Virus record (IMG/VR): IMGVR_UViG_3300014201_000010
Location: 1 to 56,554 of that record
Source of the DNA: a virus
Taxonomy: Duplodnaviria; Caudoviricetes
Direction: 5' to 3' (one strand)
DNA: 56,554 bases
Shown here: piece by piece, positions 40,866 through 51,594 of the stretch
Numbering within the stretch: position 1 is the first letter of the stretch
Layout of the letters: each line of letters begins with the position of its first letter
Program-made: the position numbers and the translations under genes
Notes under the pieces: generated by a model
What the model saw: only the letters and a program-made list of their open reading frames with translations
The model's database searches: none
What the model was told of the DNA's origin: nothing

Positions 40866-41121
40866 TTGTATTATTCCCTATATTTATTTATTTTCAAAAA
40901 GATTTTTCAATGTATTTTCTATGTCGCGTCTGCTGACGATAATTGAGCGCTCCTTTTTGGAGAAAGGGTTTAGTCTAATTTTAACAGGAGAATCTGCCGA
41001 TCCATCATCGCAATGTTGATCTTCCAACCTGACGTGACCAAAGTTTGCTATTAGACTTCTATCAAACATAAATGTATTTAACATATAAACTCCGTGTTTA
41101 AATGGCCTCATTGCCATTATT

Positions 41122-41186
41122 ACTATAGGTTATAGATATAATTTTGTCAAGAAATATATTGACACTGGTTAGAATAACTATATAAT
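41122..41186. promoter_or_regulatory. Back-to-back sigma70 promoters
   Basis: Minus: TTGACA-17-TATAGT (41150 to 41122); plus: TTGACA(41159)-16-TATAAT(41181). Confidence 0.7.
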
Positions 41187-41725
41187 GGTACTGTCACCCT
41201 ATAAAAAAGGATTATTATGGATAATAAACAAAAAGATAAAAAGATAAAGTTTTGGGAATTAATTAATTATATGTTTTACACTATTTTATTTGTTTTAATT
41301 TTTGTAAATTGTTTTGTATTAATACAACTTGAGATATATATGATAGTTGCAATAGGGATTACGATTATGATAGTTATTTTTTCACATATAATGTGTTATC
41401 GCTACGAAGAAATGAAAATAGAAGTAGATGATGATTAATTTGCGTAAAAAGATGCCAAGAGGATCAATTTATGAATGATGAAAAATTTATTGAAAAATAT
41501 CCATTCGGATATTCTTACGATGACATGGATGTAGAAGCATTCATGAATTTAAGAAATTGGCTCGAAAAATGTTTGATAAAAGGAGGCGCTACAATTGATG
41601 GGTGGGGAATTGGATACGGACAGACTGACGTAGAAATAGAAGTTGATATAGAAATGGAGTGTCATCGGTACACTGTTTCAATTAAGCCAATTTAAGCATA
41701 TATACCTATCGGTATGTGATTTAGG

Positions 41726-42184
41726 TTGATTATGGTAGATAAAGTATGTAAACAATGTGGAATAGGGTTTAAGGCTAATCCTAAAACAAAAATTAATCCT
41801 AAAAGGAATAAATTTTGTTCGGTAAAATGTAAAAATGATTCTAGAGTAGTTCTTATTTGCCCTGTACATAATATAGAAAGACAATTTAAAATTGGCATAG
41901 GAAGAAGAATGTGTGAACAATGCAGAAAATCTTCTGATAGAAAATATTATTATTCACATAGAGAAAAAGAGATAAAGAGATCTATAGATTATCGTCTGAA
42001 AAATATAGATAGAGCTACGAAAAGAGAAAAAAAAATTGTAGAAGAAATGAGAGATAAATATGTTGCTCAATTACTTGGTATAAGTATTCATGATATTAGG
42101 CCCTATCCTGAGTTATTAGAAACAAAAAGAGTTGTTTTGAAACTTAAACGTGAACTTAAAAAGGAGAAAAATGTATGCCAATAA
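41726..42184 (+). CDS. Zn-binding basic protein
   Basis: CKQCG..F, FCSVKC, CPVH, CEQC. Confidence 0.5.
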   Translation: MIMVDKVCKQCGIGFKANPKTKINPKRNKFCSVKCKNDSRVVLICPVHNIERQFKIGIGRRMCEQCRKSSDRKYYYSHREKEIKRSIDYRLKNIDRATKREKKIVEEMRDKYVAQLLGISIHDIRPYPELLETKRVVLKLKRELKKEKNVCQ

Positions 42185-45005
42185 AAAACATAGAAGACCT
42201 CAGGGATTTTATGAGTCAAGAGCTGTATCGCTTACGTAATAAGCAATCATCTGCTGCGGTTGCAAATGCTAGTGCTCATTTAGCGGATAAGATTATGACG
42301 ACCATTAAGATGGAACTTACATATAACAAGATGATGGGGGCTATACCTAATATTGATTTTCTGAAAGGATCTAAGCATTTGTCACTTAAGAAAAAAGGAA
42401 AGTTGGAGAATGTATGATTAGCTTTCTTGTTGTAAATATAGCTTTTCTTGTTGCAATTATAATTATATATTCTTATATGATTCTTTACCTTTGTCGAGAA
42501 ATAAAAAATCAATATAGTATTTTAACTGAAATGAAAAATACTCTTACCAAACACATGTGTGGTATGTTTGATATAATTAAAAGATTAGAAAAACTGGAGA
42601 ATAAACAATGAATTTACAAAATATGGTTGATGATATAGAAAGAATAAAGTTAAGGGTTGATAACATTGAAGAAGGATTCAGTAAACACAATACATGGCTT
42701 ATGGAGTGTAATGAACTCTTTAAGGAAAAACATGATCATCAGCGTAAACTGGATGGCGCCTTGAAAGAAATGTTTGATAAAGTTGCACATAATTTTAATG
42801 TTATTGAATCGGTCATTAAAAAACTGGAGGAAAAATGTTCATAAGCAAGAAGAGATATCATGAGTTATTTGATGTTGTAATGAGAATAGAAAATAGAGTA
42901 ACTAAAGCTGAATTAGCTTTCAATAATAAACTGGTTAATTTACCGGCAGAAGTTACTGAGCAAAGAATGATTACGGATGAGCTAGCTACGAGAGTAACAA
43001 AACTTGAACAACCATCCTATACTCCTCCATCATTAGAGAATATCTATAAGGCTATTGAGGCTTATATAGATAATAAGATGAAGAAATATGAAATAGAAAA
43101 TATTAAACATTCTGCTGAAAAAAGTAGAGATATGTTAATGAAAATGGCAGAAGTTTTCAAATGGAGTTACTGGGATTGGGAGAGACCTTCTCGTGCTTGG
43201 AAAGAAAAGATTAGCGAACAAGAATTGAAGCATTCTTCTACAGGAGAAGAAAGAAAAGACTATGAATTTAATATCACATTAAGCGCCATAAAATGTTATT
43301 TAGGAGATGATAAATATTCATGGGCTGGGCTTCAGTGTAAGAAAAATATATTATCTAATGCTTCTAGCGAAGCATATTCAAAGGTAGAAAGGGATATAAT
43401 TAGTATGATGGAGAAATATCCTAAATTATTGGAAGATGAAGCCTTCATTCAGGCACTAGAAAAATATGCCGATGAATATATAGCAAATTCTGAGAAGCTA
43501 GAGTTGGTGGAAATTAAAAGAATGGGGAGCTTGATATGATGGACGATAATGAACCAATAAAACATACTTTTAGAATTCCAATAGATAGTTTGCCAGACTG
43601 TTATAGGAAAACGTTTGATAAAGTAGATAAGCTTATTTCTAAAAATAAAATACCACTAGAACTTTTAAAATCATATTTTTTACGGAGAATAGAGAAGGAA
43701 TTAAATGGGGATATAATAAGAAATGACTGACTACGAACGAATAGAGCTTGACAGATATTTGGATGAGGAAGATTCCAAGGTAGGATTTAAAGTGGCTTGC
43801 TATAATGATGGCAAAAGAACAGAAGGTATAATAGTTGGATTTAATATTAAGGAAAAATTGGTATTGATAGCCGTAGAATTATCATCAGATTATTTAAAAG
43901 AAATAATAGCTCATCTAAAACAATGCTATCCATTAGTTTGTAGTAAGTGTAATGGAAGTGGAGAAATTTTAAAAATCCCCCTTATTTTTAGTAAATTAAG
44001 ATTTGGAGAACTTACACAAGGGTTACAAGATAGAAGCACAATAAAGTGCGATCAGTGTAATAAGGAGTGATATGGAAACAATAATGATTATAATTTGTTT
44101 ATTTTTTTTATTAATGTTAATTTTTATTATGTTAATTAGTCTTCCTATGGCAATAGGTAAATTTAAGGAAAAATAAAATGCAATATATAATGGATATATT
44201 TGTAGCAGATAAACAGCTGAATAAAATAATGGATATGGTCGACCTTAGGTTGCCTCATAAATGGTATTATTCATTAATAAAAGTTACATTCACAACGTCT
44301 ACTGAGATTACAAACAATTATTTTTATAAAATAATAGAAGAATCAAAAAAGGAGAATGATATTTGGATACCGGCTGTTTTGTTCTGCGGAAATCTTTATG
44401 TGGATGATGAAGTTAAAGAACTTTCAGATGGGCAGAAGAGTTTTTTTGTTAATTGATGAGAGAATAACATGTATCGCCATGCATATGTAATGAAGACTCA
44501 TACGAATAAATTCGAGAAAGGCCAGATAGTATTTAAAACATTGCATCCTAACCTACATCATTTTATTGGCCGGTCTGAAGTTATTGAAGTTGTAGGCAAA
44601 CATAAATATAATAATAATTTGATCAAAGGATGGGTTACTTGTGAAGGAAATAAAGAATACATAAATGTTAAATATATAGGTAAGATTAAAGTAATAGGAT
44701 TTAATAGAAAAATTATTTTTTTAAATGCAATGAATAATAAATATGGGATTGGTGAGATAACTTCAAATTTTGACGAAAAACTTTTGTCTAAAAATTATGG
44801 ATATACAAATTTAATTCCTTTCTATAAAGGAAAGAGAGAACTTAAGCGTAATTTAAAAAAATATGACAATAAGATTAATGAATTAGAAAAGGTTAAAAAT
44901 TTACAAAAAAAGAAGTGGTTTGAAAAAAAGTGGGAAGAAACAAATAAAGATTATGTTGGCAAAACGGTTTCAGAATTGAAGAAGATGCCAATATTTAAAC
45001 GTTAA

Positions 45006-45081
45006 TGGCCTATAGCTTAACTAGTAAAGCGATCATGCTGTTGAGATCAGTTCTTGGGTGCAACTCCCTGGTAGGTCACCA
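45006..45081 (+). tRNA. Atypical or degenerate tRNA-like RNA
   Basis: GGCCTA/TAGGTC-A-CCA, D-arm GCTT/AAGC, T-loop TGCAACT, but 4-bp anticodon stem with 10-nt loop. Confidence 0.55.
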
Positions 45082-46248
45082 AATTTTAGAAGGAAAATAT
45101 TATGGCATATCATATGATTGATTATGATGGAGGAGTGTATAAAAGAATGGAGGAAAGGGTTTTATCCATTATAGAAGAGGGAACGCATCCTAGAGCTTAC
45201 GAATTTGGAAGAAAATTGAAAAAAGCTGAATATGAGTTTGAAAGATGTGATCCTAGTAACCATGACGAAGTTCTAAGGCGTTCTAGAGTATATACTGATT
45301 TAATAAGGGAAGCTAATAAGATTTTCTAATGAGGGAAAACATGAGAAAGATAATTCAAATATCTAATATTAATTATGCAGCAGATGGCCAAGAATATTTT
45401 ATTGTTCTTTGTAATGATGGAGTAATTTATAAATGCTGGTTATATCCTGGGAATAATCATGTATTTGAGGAGATAATTTCAAAAGTTCCACAAGATGGAT
45501 ATGACGAATGCAATGATTTAGTTGGAAAGAGTATTCCTAAATATATATATGAATTATGGGAAGAAAATAAGAAGCGGAAGCGATAAGCTAATATAGGCAC
45601 AATAGATCCAATACAGGAGTATGACGTATGCATAAAAAAGAAAAAGTAAAAAAAGTATATGAAGAACTTGACAGTGCATATAATCATCTTAAGGCTTTAG
45701 GAATGATTAATTTATTTTCATTAGATACTACAGAAAAGAGATTTGAAGCTGATATAGCTATTGAAAAAGCTAGAGCAAGATATTTTGCAGCAATAGAATC
45801 TAAAGATAAATTAGTTAGGGAAAAAGTAAATGAAACTTGAATCACAAGTAGTATCTCTTGAACTAGCCAAGAAGCTTAAGGAATTGGGTGTTGAGCAGGA
45901 TAGTTTGTTTTATTGGTATTTAAGTGAGAATGCTAATTATGATATTACTGAGAATAAGTACAAAAATGATTATTCATTTACATGGTCAGCCTTTACAGCT
46001 TCTGAGTTAGGAGAAATTATAGGAAATTCATTTAATGAATGGGCGCAGGGTTGGAATGATTCTTATTGCCAATATTACTTCCAATGGGGACCACGAGGAG
46101 CAGGTTCCATGATTGAAGGAATTGGTAAATCTGGTTTTATTGATTGCGATGATGAAGAAGAATTAACAGAGGTTAATGCTAGAGCTAAGATTCTAATCCA
46201 TCTCATAGAAAATAAGTTGATAACTTTGGATAAATCCTAAATATCTTC

Positions 46249-46276
46249 TTGACAATATTATATTATAGTGGATAAT
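46249..46276 (+). promoter_or_regulatory. Sigma70 promoter
   Basis: TTGACA-16-GATAAT. Confidence 0.55.
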
Positions 46277-46283
46277 GGGTTTT

Positions 46284-46323
46284 GGCAGTTATGGGTTATT
46301 AGTCCTTTCCCAGGCTGCCACCA
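46284..46323 (+). ncRNA. tRNA minihelix-like RNA ending ACCA
   Basis: GGCAGTT/GGCTGCC-A-CCA plus TGGG/CCCA; begins near the predicted TSS. Confidence 0.4.
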
Positions 46324-46664
46324 AAATAGTATGTTTAACCTCCATCTATTCCCACCAATTTACAAGGAAAATATTATATGGAACAAGAAATAAATACAGA
46401 AGAATTAATGGACATATTTAAATTGCATGTCAATTCAATTATCGATGATAAAAACAAAGGTAGCAAGAAAGAACAGGTTTTACTAAGCGCTTATAGAAAC
46501 TTATTGAATGTCAATAAAGCTCTTATTAGCCGATTTGGCGAAACTTCTATTGGATTAGATGAAATGGAGTCAATGGATAATATTAAAGGCCTATCTACCA
46601 TCAAAGACAATAAGCTCACTTTGAATATTTTGTAATAATTTTTAACTTAAAAAAGGAGAACCCA

Positions 46665-46967
46665 ATGAAAGTAAAACTAGCAGAAGCACTATTACGCCGT
46701 AAAGAGCTACAGCTTAAGGTTGATGTTCTGAAGAAGATTGATGAGAAAGCTTTGTATGAAGTAAAAGCCGGTCGTCAACGAGTTACCGACAGTTTAGATG
46801 ACATTGTAGCGCATGTTCCTAAGCTTACAGCATCTCAAGTAACACAAGAGATAGATTGGCACTCACGTCAATTGCGCCTTATAGACGCCGCTATACAGCA
46901 AGCTAATTGGACATGTGAGATCGAAGTAGAGCATACTGTTATGAGTGATTTTGTCAAGAAAGACTAA
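46665..46967 (+). CDS. DIP1984-family (DUF6847-like) coiled-coil protein
   Basis: KLAEALLRRKEL N-terminus and RLIDAAIQQANW C-terminus. Confidence 0.7.
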   Translation: MKVKLAEALLRRKELQLKVDVLKKIDEKALYEVKAGRQRVTDSLDDIVAHVPKLTASQVTQEIDWHSRQLRLIDAAIQQANWTCEIEVEHTVMSDFVKKD

Positions 46968-47937
46968 TTATGCTAACCATAAAACAATATGTGCGAATAG
47001 GCGAATATCTAAGGAAGTATGATGCTTTGATGACGCAAAGAGATAACAGTGTTTCTCCAGAAAAAGGCCACGAATTACAAGATAAAATGCATTATTTATA
47101 TGGAGAATATAAAGACGTTCAACCATTATTCTGGTCATTCGATATGGCCAGAAATATATGGAAAGAATATAAACGAAAATTACTTTTACTTTAACGGAGA
47201 TATTTAGAATGAGCGAAAATGATAAACAATTGCAAGTGGCTGAAGGATTAAATCTTAGGTCAATTATTGTGGAAAAGAAAACGGATGATGTTGAACATAA
47301 GTTCAACTCAAAATTGAATAAGCTCAAAAAGCAATATCTCTTAATGGTCGCTTCTATAGATTCTGAGAAAGAAGAGCTCCAAGAAAAGTTTATTGAAAAC
47401 TGTTCAGAAAAGAACTTCAGTCTCGAATCTTTAATCTATATCAAAGATGAAATGGACCTATTGGACAGGAAGAAAAAGATTGCGAATGAGATTTACTGTC
47501 AGCTGGTTGGGGAAGAATAAAAGGGTTAATTATGAAAAAAGAAATTAATGAAAATATACATGTTAATTTAATTTCTTCGTGTAATGAAAATTTCTATACT
47601 ATAATTTTTGTTAATAACAAAAATTATAGTTTTGATTTATTTCTCTCAGATGGCCATTTTTGTAATGATCAAGCTAAAAAATTAATTTCATTTTTAGAAA
47701 ATTCCATAAACAATTAACTATATGAAACAAGAAAAATTTGATAAAATAATGATGATTTGTATGGCTTGTACAATAATAATGGCATCTTTTATGCTTTTAA
47801 TTTTGTGTATAGTCGCTAGTATAGGTTGTTATCATATGATTTATTAATAATGAATATTCAAGATATAATTACAACTATTGCATTAATAATTCAATTTATA
47901 GGAATTATATTTTTTATATTAATTATTATTTTTGATA

Positions 47938-48304
47938 GACTCCATTGAGATATCTCGATGCGTTCAGAGAAAGGCTTGCTCGTTGCCTTAAAACGTAGAG
48001 ATTACGTAGTCTCGTTAGCAAAGAGTATAAGTTCGGCTTATACAGCAGTTTGTTAAACTGTTATTAAATATGTTATGGCGAAAGTCATTCATGGGTTCAA
48101 ATCCCATACGATCTGTATGGATCGTTGGCGGAGCGGTCAAACGCGACATACTAAGGGTTTCCAAGTGCCTTTTCGCTTGGAGGAACTCCGATTAAGATAA
48201 CTTTTAATTGAGAAGAACTGACTAACCGAATAGCTGAACAAATTACTACCGACTATTATATTTCCGACTAACCAACTCTGGGTCGGGATATCTCAATGGG
48301 GTTT
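47938..48304 (+). ncRNA. Large structured ncRNA containing a circularly permuted class II tRNA
   Basis: 21-bp terminal stem 47938-47958/48283-48303 whose only non-Watson-Crick pairs are G-U; internal hairpins; permuted tRNA at 48069-48152. Confidence 0.8.
48069..48152 (+). tRNA. Circularly permuted tRNA module (3' half, GTAT linker, 5' half)
   Basis: TATGT, V-arm ATGGC-GAAA-GTCAT, T-arm ATGGG-TTCAAAT-CCCAT, ACGATCT, GTAT, GGATCGT, TG, D-arm GCG-GAGCGGTCAAA-CGC, G, ACATA-CT. Confidence 0.85.
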
Positions 48305-48377
48305 TATCATATATAAAAATTGTTATTTTCTATATATTAACAGATCATCATATATATAAAATAAGGATTATTTAATT

Positions 48378-48526
48378 TAGCGGCTGGGTGTGACTGAACC
48401 TAAAGGGTCTTTAAATCTCCGCATACCGGAATGAGGCAGCTAACGACCGGCGCTTAGGGATGCAGCGTAATGTATGTGACAGGAACAGAGACGCATCCTC
48501 CCTGTGACAGCCTGGAAAGACAGGCA
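48378..48526 (+). ncRNA. GC-rich structured ncRNA candidate
   Basis: Non-coding GC island; GGATGC/GCATCC stem; 3' GCCTG-GAAAGA-CAGGC hairpin. Confidence 0.5.
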
Positions 48527-49191
48527 TTATCTCAATGGGGTTTTATATGATTTATTTTATTATATTTATTTTAATAATTGGTCTATATTTAGGTTTTTCT
48601 GCTGTTTTGTTATTAAAAATTTATAATAAGAGATGCTTTAAAAATGAGAATGAGCATTTATGTCGTTGCAATGATGAACATAGCGATTATCATAAATTAT
48701 ATCCTTGCCGTCATAAATATTGGATAAAATGCGAGAGATGTAATATTAAATATAATAGTTTAGAAAGAGGTGCGTACGCTTGTCCAATGTGTAGTAAAGA
48801 TAAATATATAATTCAACTAGAAAATGATAAAACTAAAATACATGAATCAAGACTCAGAAAATACAAAGAAATAGAAGATTATTTAAAGTATTTAAGGACA
48901 TTTTAAGAATGAAATGTAAAATATGCGAAGAACAAGGATTAAAGAGCAAACTATATTCAGGTTATGGAGCTGTAACTTGTATGGGAGTTGGTGATTACTA
49001 TGATGAAGATGGAAAACATCATTATCATGATCCAAATGATACCACTATCGATTATAGTTGCAGTAATGGGCATGAATATCGTGTTGTTTATAAAAATAAA
49101 TGCCACTCATGTGATTATGGGAAGGAAGAATAAGTAATGTGGATAAGCGTAAAAGATAAATTACCTCCAGTTGGCGAAGATGTTGTCGCTG

Positions 49192-49314
49192 GATATTGGT
49201 GTAATAGATGAAATACCAGAGGCTTATAAAAATATTGACCAAGTAATGGCTAACCAAAGTGATTTAGTTGAAATAGTTTATACATTGAAACAGTTAATTT
49301 GTATTAAGGGATAA
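49192..49314 (+). pseudogene. rtcB: C-terminal remnant of RtcB RNA ligase
   Basis: DIGVIDEIPEAYKNIDQVMANQSDLVEIVYTLKQLICIKG* matches the RtcB C-terminus (DEIP.AYK.ID.VM..Q.DLVE...TL.Q..C.KG). Confidence 0.85.
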
Positions 49315-50023
49315 TATGGGATTAAGTATATATTCTAAATCTAAATATGAATACCACTATCCATATTCAGGATTGAGTAGGATTAGATTTGTAGCGTTTA
49401 TTATAAGTGGAGGAAAGTTAGATTTTGCAGATTTTATTCAACATCTAAAATATGACTGGGCTTATCAAGTAATGTCAATTAATTTTCCCAATCTTGTCTT
49501 TCATTCTGATTGTGAAGGTTCATATACATTGAAAGGAAAAATAGGTGGAAAAGACCTAATGACTGGAAATTCAAAAGAACTTTTGAAAGAATTACGTTGT
49601 TTACGAAGAGGATTTAAAAAAATATCAATTGATGATGATGGATACACAAAACGTATTTTAGATGATTTATATAAATTAGTTAATGATGTTGTTAAAAACC
49701 ATGATGGTAGAATAAGATTTTGTTAACGTACAAAGGTCGCCTATAAGGAGCGGTGACCACCAAAACAATGGCATAGAGATTATGAAAATATCGGCAGGTA
49801 AATATTACAAAACAAGAGACGGAACAGAGTGTTTTTGTAGATATGCTGGTGAAATATGTACTATGATAAAATGGGTAAAATATATTTATCATGTGAAAGA
49901 TGATGGAAGGTTTTATGTACATAAAAATGGTGACTATGTCGATTACTTACTAGAAAATGGAATAATCCCTTTATATATACAATTCGGACACGGTCATCAT
50001 CTAGATATAGTAGAAGAGTTAAT

Positions 50024-50170
50024 GGCATAGCGATGTGGTGCGAAAAGCTTAATAGACACATCTAGTAGTTGCTACGAATGGCTACCAGTTTAACCTGGCC
50101 TACCTTAGACGCGACGGCGCGGATGGAGAAGCTACCATTAAGCACTCTGAAATGGGTGCCTATGCCGCCA
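50024..50170 (+). ncRNA. 147-nt RNA with tRNA-like acceptor stem, T-arm and CCA, expanded interior
   Basis: GGCATAG/CTATGCC-G-CCA; GCACTC-TGAAAT-GGGTGC; GATGTG/CACATC hairpin; GTAGTT/AGCTAC stem. Confidence 0.65.
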
Positions 50171-50176
50171 AACAAC

Positions 50177-50257
50177 AGCAGGACGTCTCATCACGCGGAT
50201 GAGTGGGGTGTTCATATCCTGTCCGTGCGGTACGTGTAAATCGTACTCCTGCTACCA
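50177..50257 (+). tRNA. Atypical tRNA (6-bp D-stem, TTCA-containing anticodon loop)
   Basis: AGCAGGA/TCCTGCT-A-CCA; CTCATC-ACGCG-GATGAG; GGGGT-GTTCAT-ATCCT; GTACG-TGTAAAT-CGTAC. Confidence 0.65.
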
Positions 50258-51276
50258 AATATAGAATTAAAAATATAAAATATATAATTAAAGAACTAAA
50301 GAAGAAGTATTAAATTATGGAAACTTTGCCTAAAATTACTAAAAATTGGAATGAATTTAAATTAATTATGCCTTTTGGAGGTAATGTTATCTCATATGGC
50401 TGGAGAGGTTTATGGCAATCTATTAAATTTTTATTTAAAAGAAAAATAAATAGAATTGAGCTCTCTTTCTGTGCTTGCTATAAAGAAGATTCGCTTCATG
50501 TGACAAATGTGCAATTAATTTCGAAGGATTAAATTATGCTTGAAATTACTTTATCTAAACGATTAGTTGAATTGGAAGTCAAAGTCAATAAGTTTGATGA
50601 TAGAATAAATGAATTGGCAGCTATTGTTAATAAGATTCATAAAGATATTAATGGAACTAATAAAAGAATAGATAATCTTGTTAACGATCAGATTGAAGAA
50701 TTAGAAAAACCAAAACTTAATCTTCGTGTGGATTCATTTTGGACATTGAGAGATGGAACTACGGCTTATATCTATTATGAATATCAGGAAATATTTCGGG
50801 GTGTTCGTATAAATAGTTTAGATGCATTTAGTTGGGATTTATCAGGGAAATATCTAACCGATAAAGAGTCTTTATATGACATCATAGAGGAATGGAAAGG
50901 ATGAGGATAGAAGAATATTGTAATCCGAAAGGTAAAGTACTCTATAATATATTTCATATAGAAAATGGAGAATTTTGTAAATTAAGAAATGGAAATAAAG
51001 CTTATATTTTCTGTAAGATTAAACGTAAAATATATTACAATGGAGATAAATTTAATGAATTTAGATATAAAGGAGCTATCTGTGGTTATTCAGAACCATT
51101 GGAATGGACTATATTTGGCCATCTTGGGTATGATCTTCCAGGAATAAACTATGCGGGACTTGCTAAGCTTCAAAAAGACATAATAGGAGTATGGAATGAC
51201 TAATTTCTATACCCAAATGGATGTGCGAAGAAGAAGTTAAAAATCTAATATCCTTCCTCCAAGAAGCAATTAAGGA

Positions 51277-51594
51277 TTGAATATGAAAAATATTAAATAT
51301 TCCATAGAATGGATAAGCTGTCTAAACAAATTACCAGAAAATGGACGTGAATGTTTAGTTTTTTGTAGTAAACATAATCAGATTGCACTCGGCGATTTAG
51401 TAGATAAAGAAGATTGTGATGGTAATCCTTCTTGGAATATTGATAGTGGCGGAACTATTAACTTTGATGTTGATTTTTGGTCTTACTTATCAAAGCCTAA
51501 AACTGATACGGAAGAATATTATGTAAAAGAAAATATATGTTATAAATTTATAGAAAAAATAATAGAGTCATGTCTTGTAAATTATGAGGATTGA
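51277..51594 (+). CDS. DUF551-like protein
   Basis: EWISCLNKLPE...CLV...V.FW..L..P. Confidence 0.55.
   Translation: MNMKNIKYSIEWISCLNKLPENGRECLVFCSKHNQIALGDLVDKEDCDGNPSWNIDSGGTINFDVDFWSYLSKPKTDTEEYYVKENICYKFIEKIIESCLVNYED

Noticed and set aside
47938-48304. Two-piece tmRNA, permuted group I intron or MITE as explanation of the large RNA
   Set aside because: No G3-U70 or CCA and a real D-stem argue against tmRNA. No convincing group I P7 core or terminal G at the required position. Terminal repeat differences are all G-U compatible and no transposase is present.
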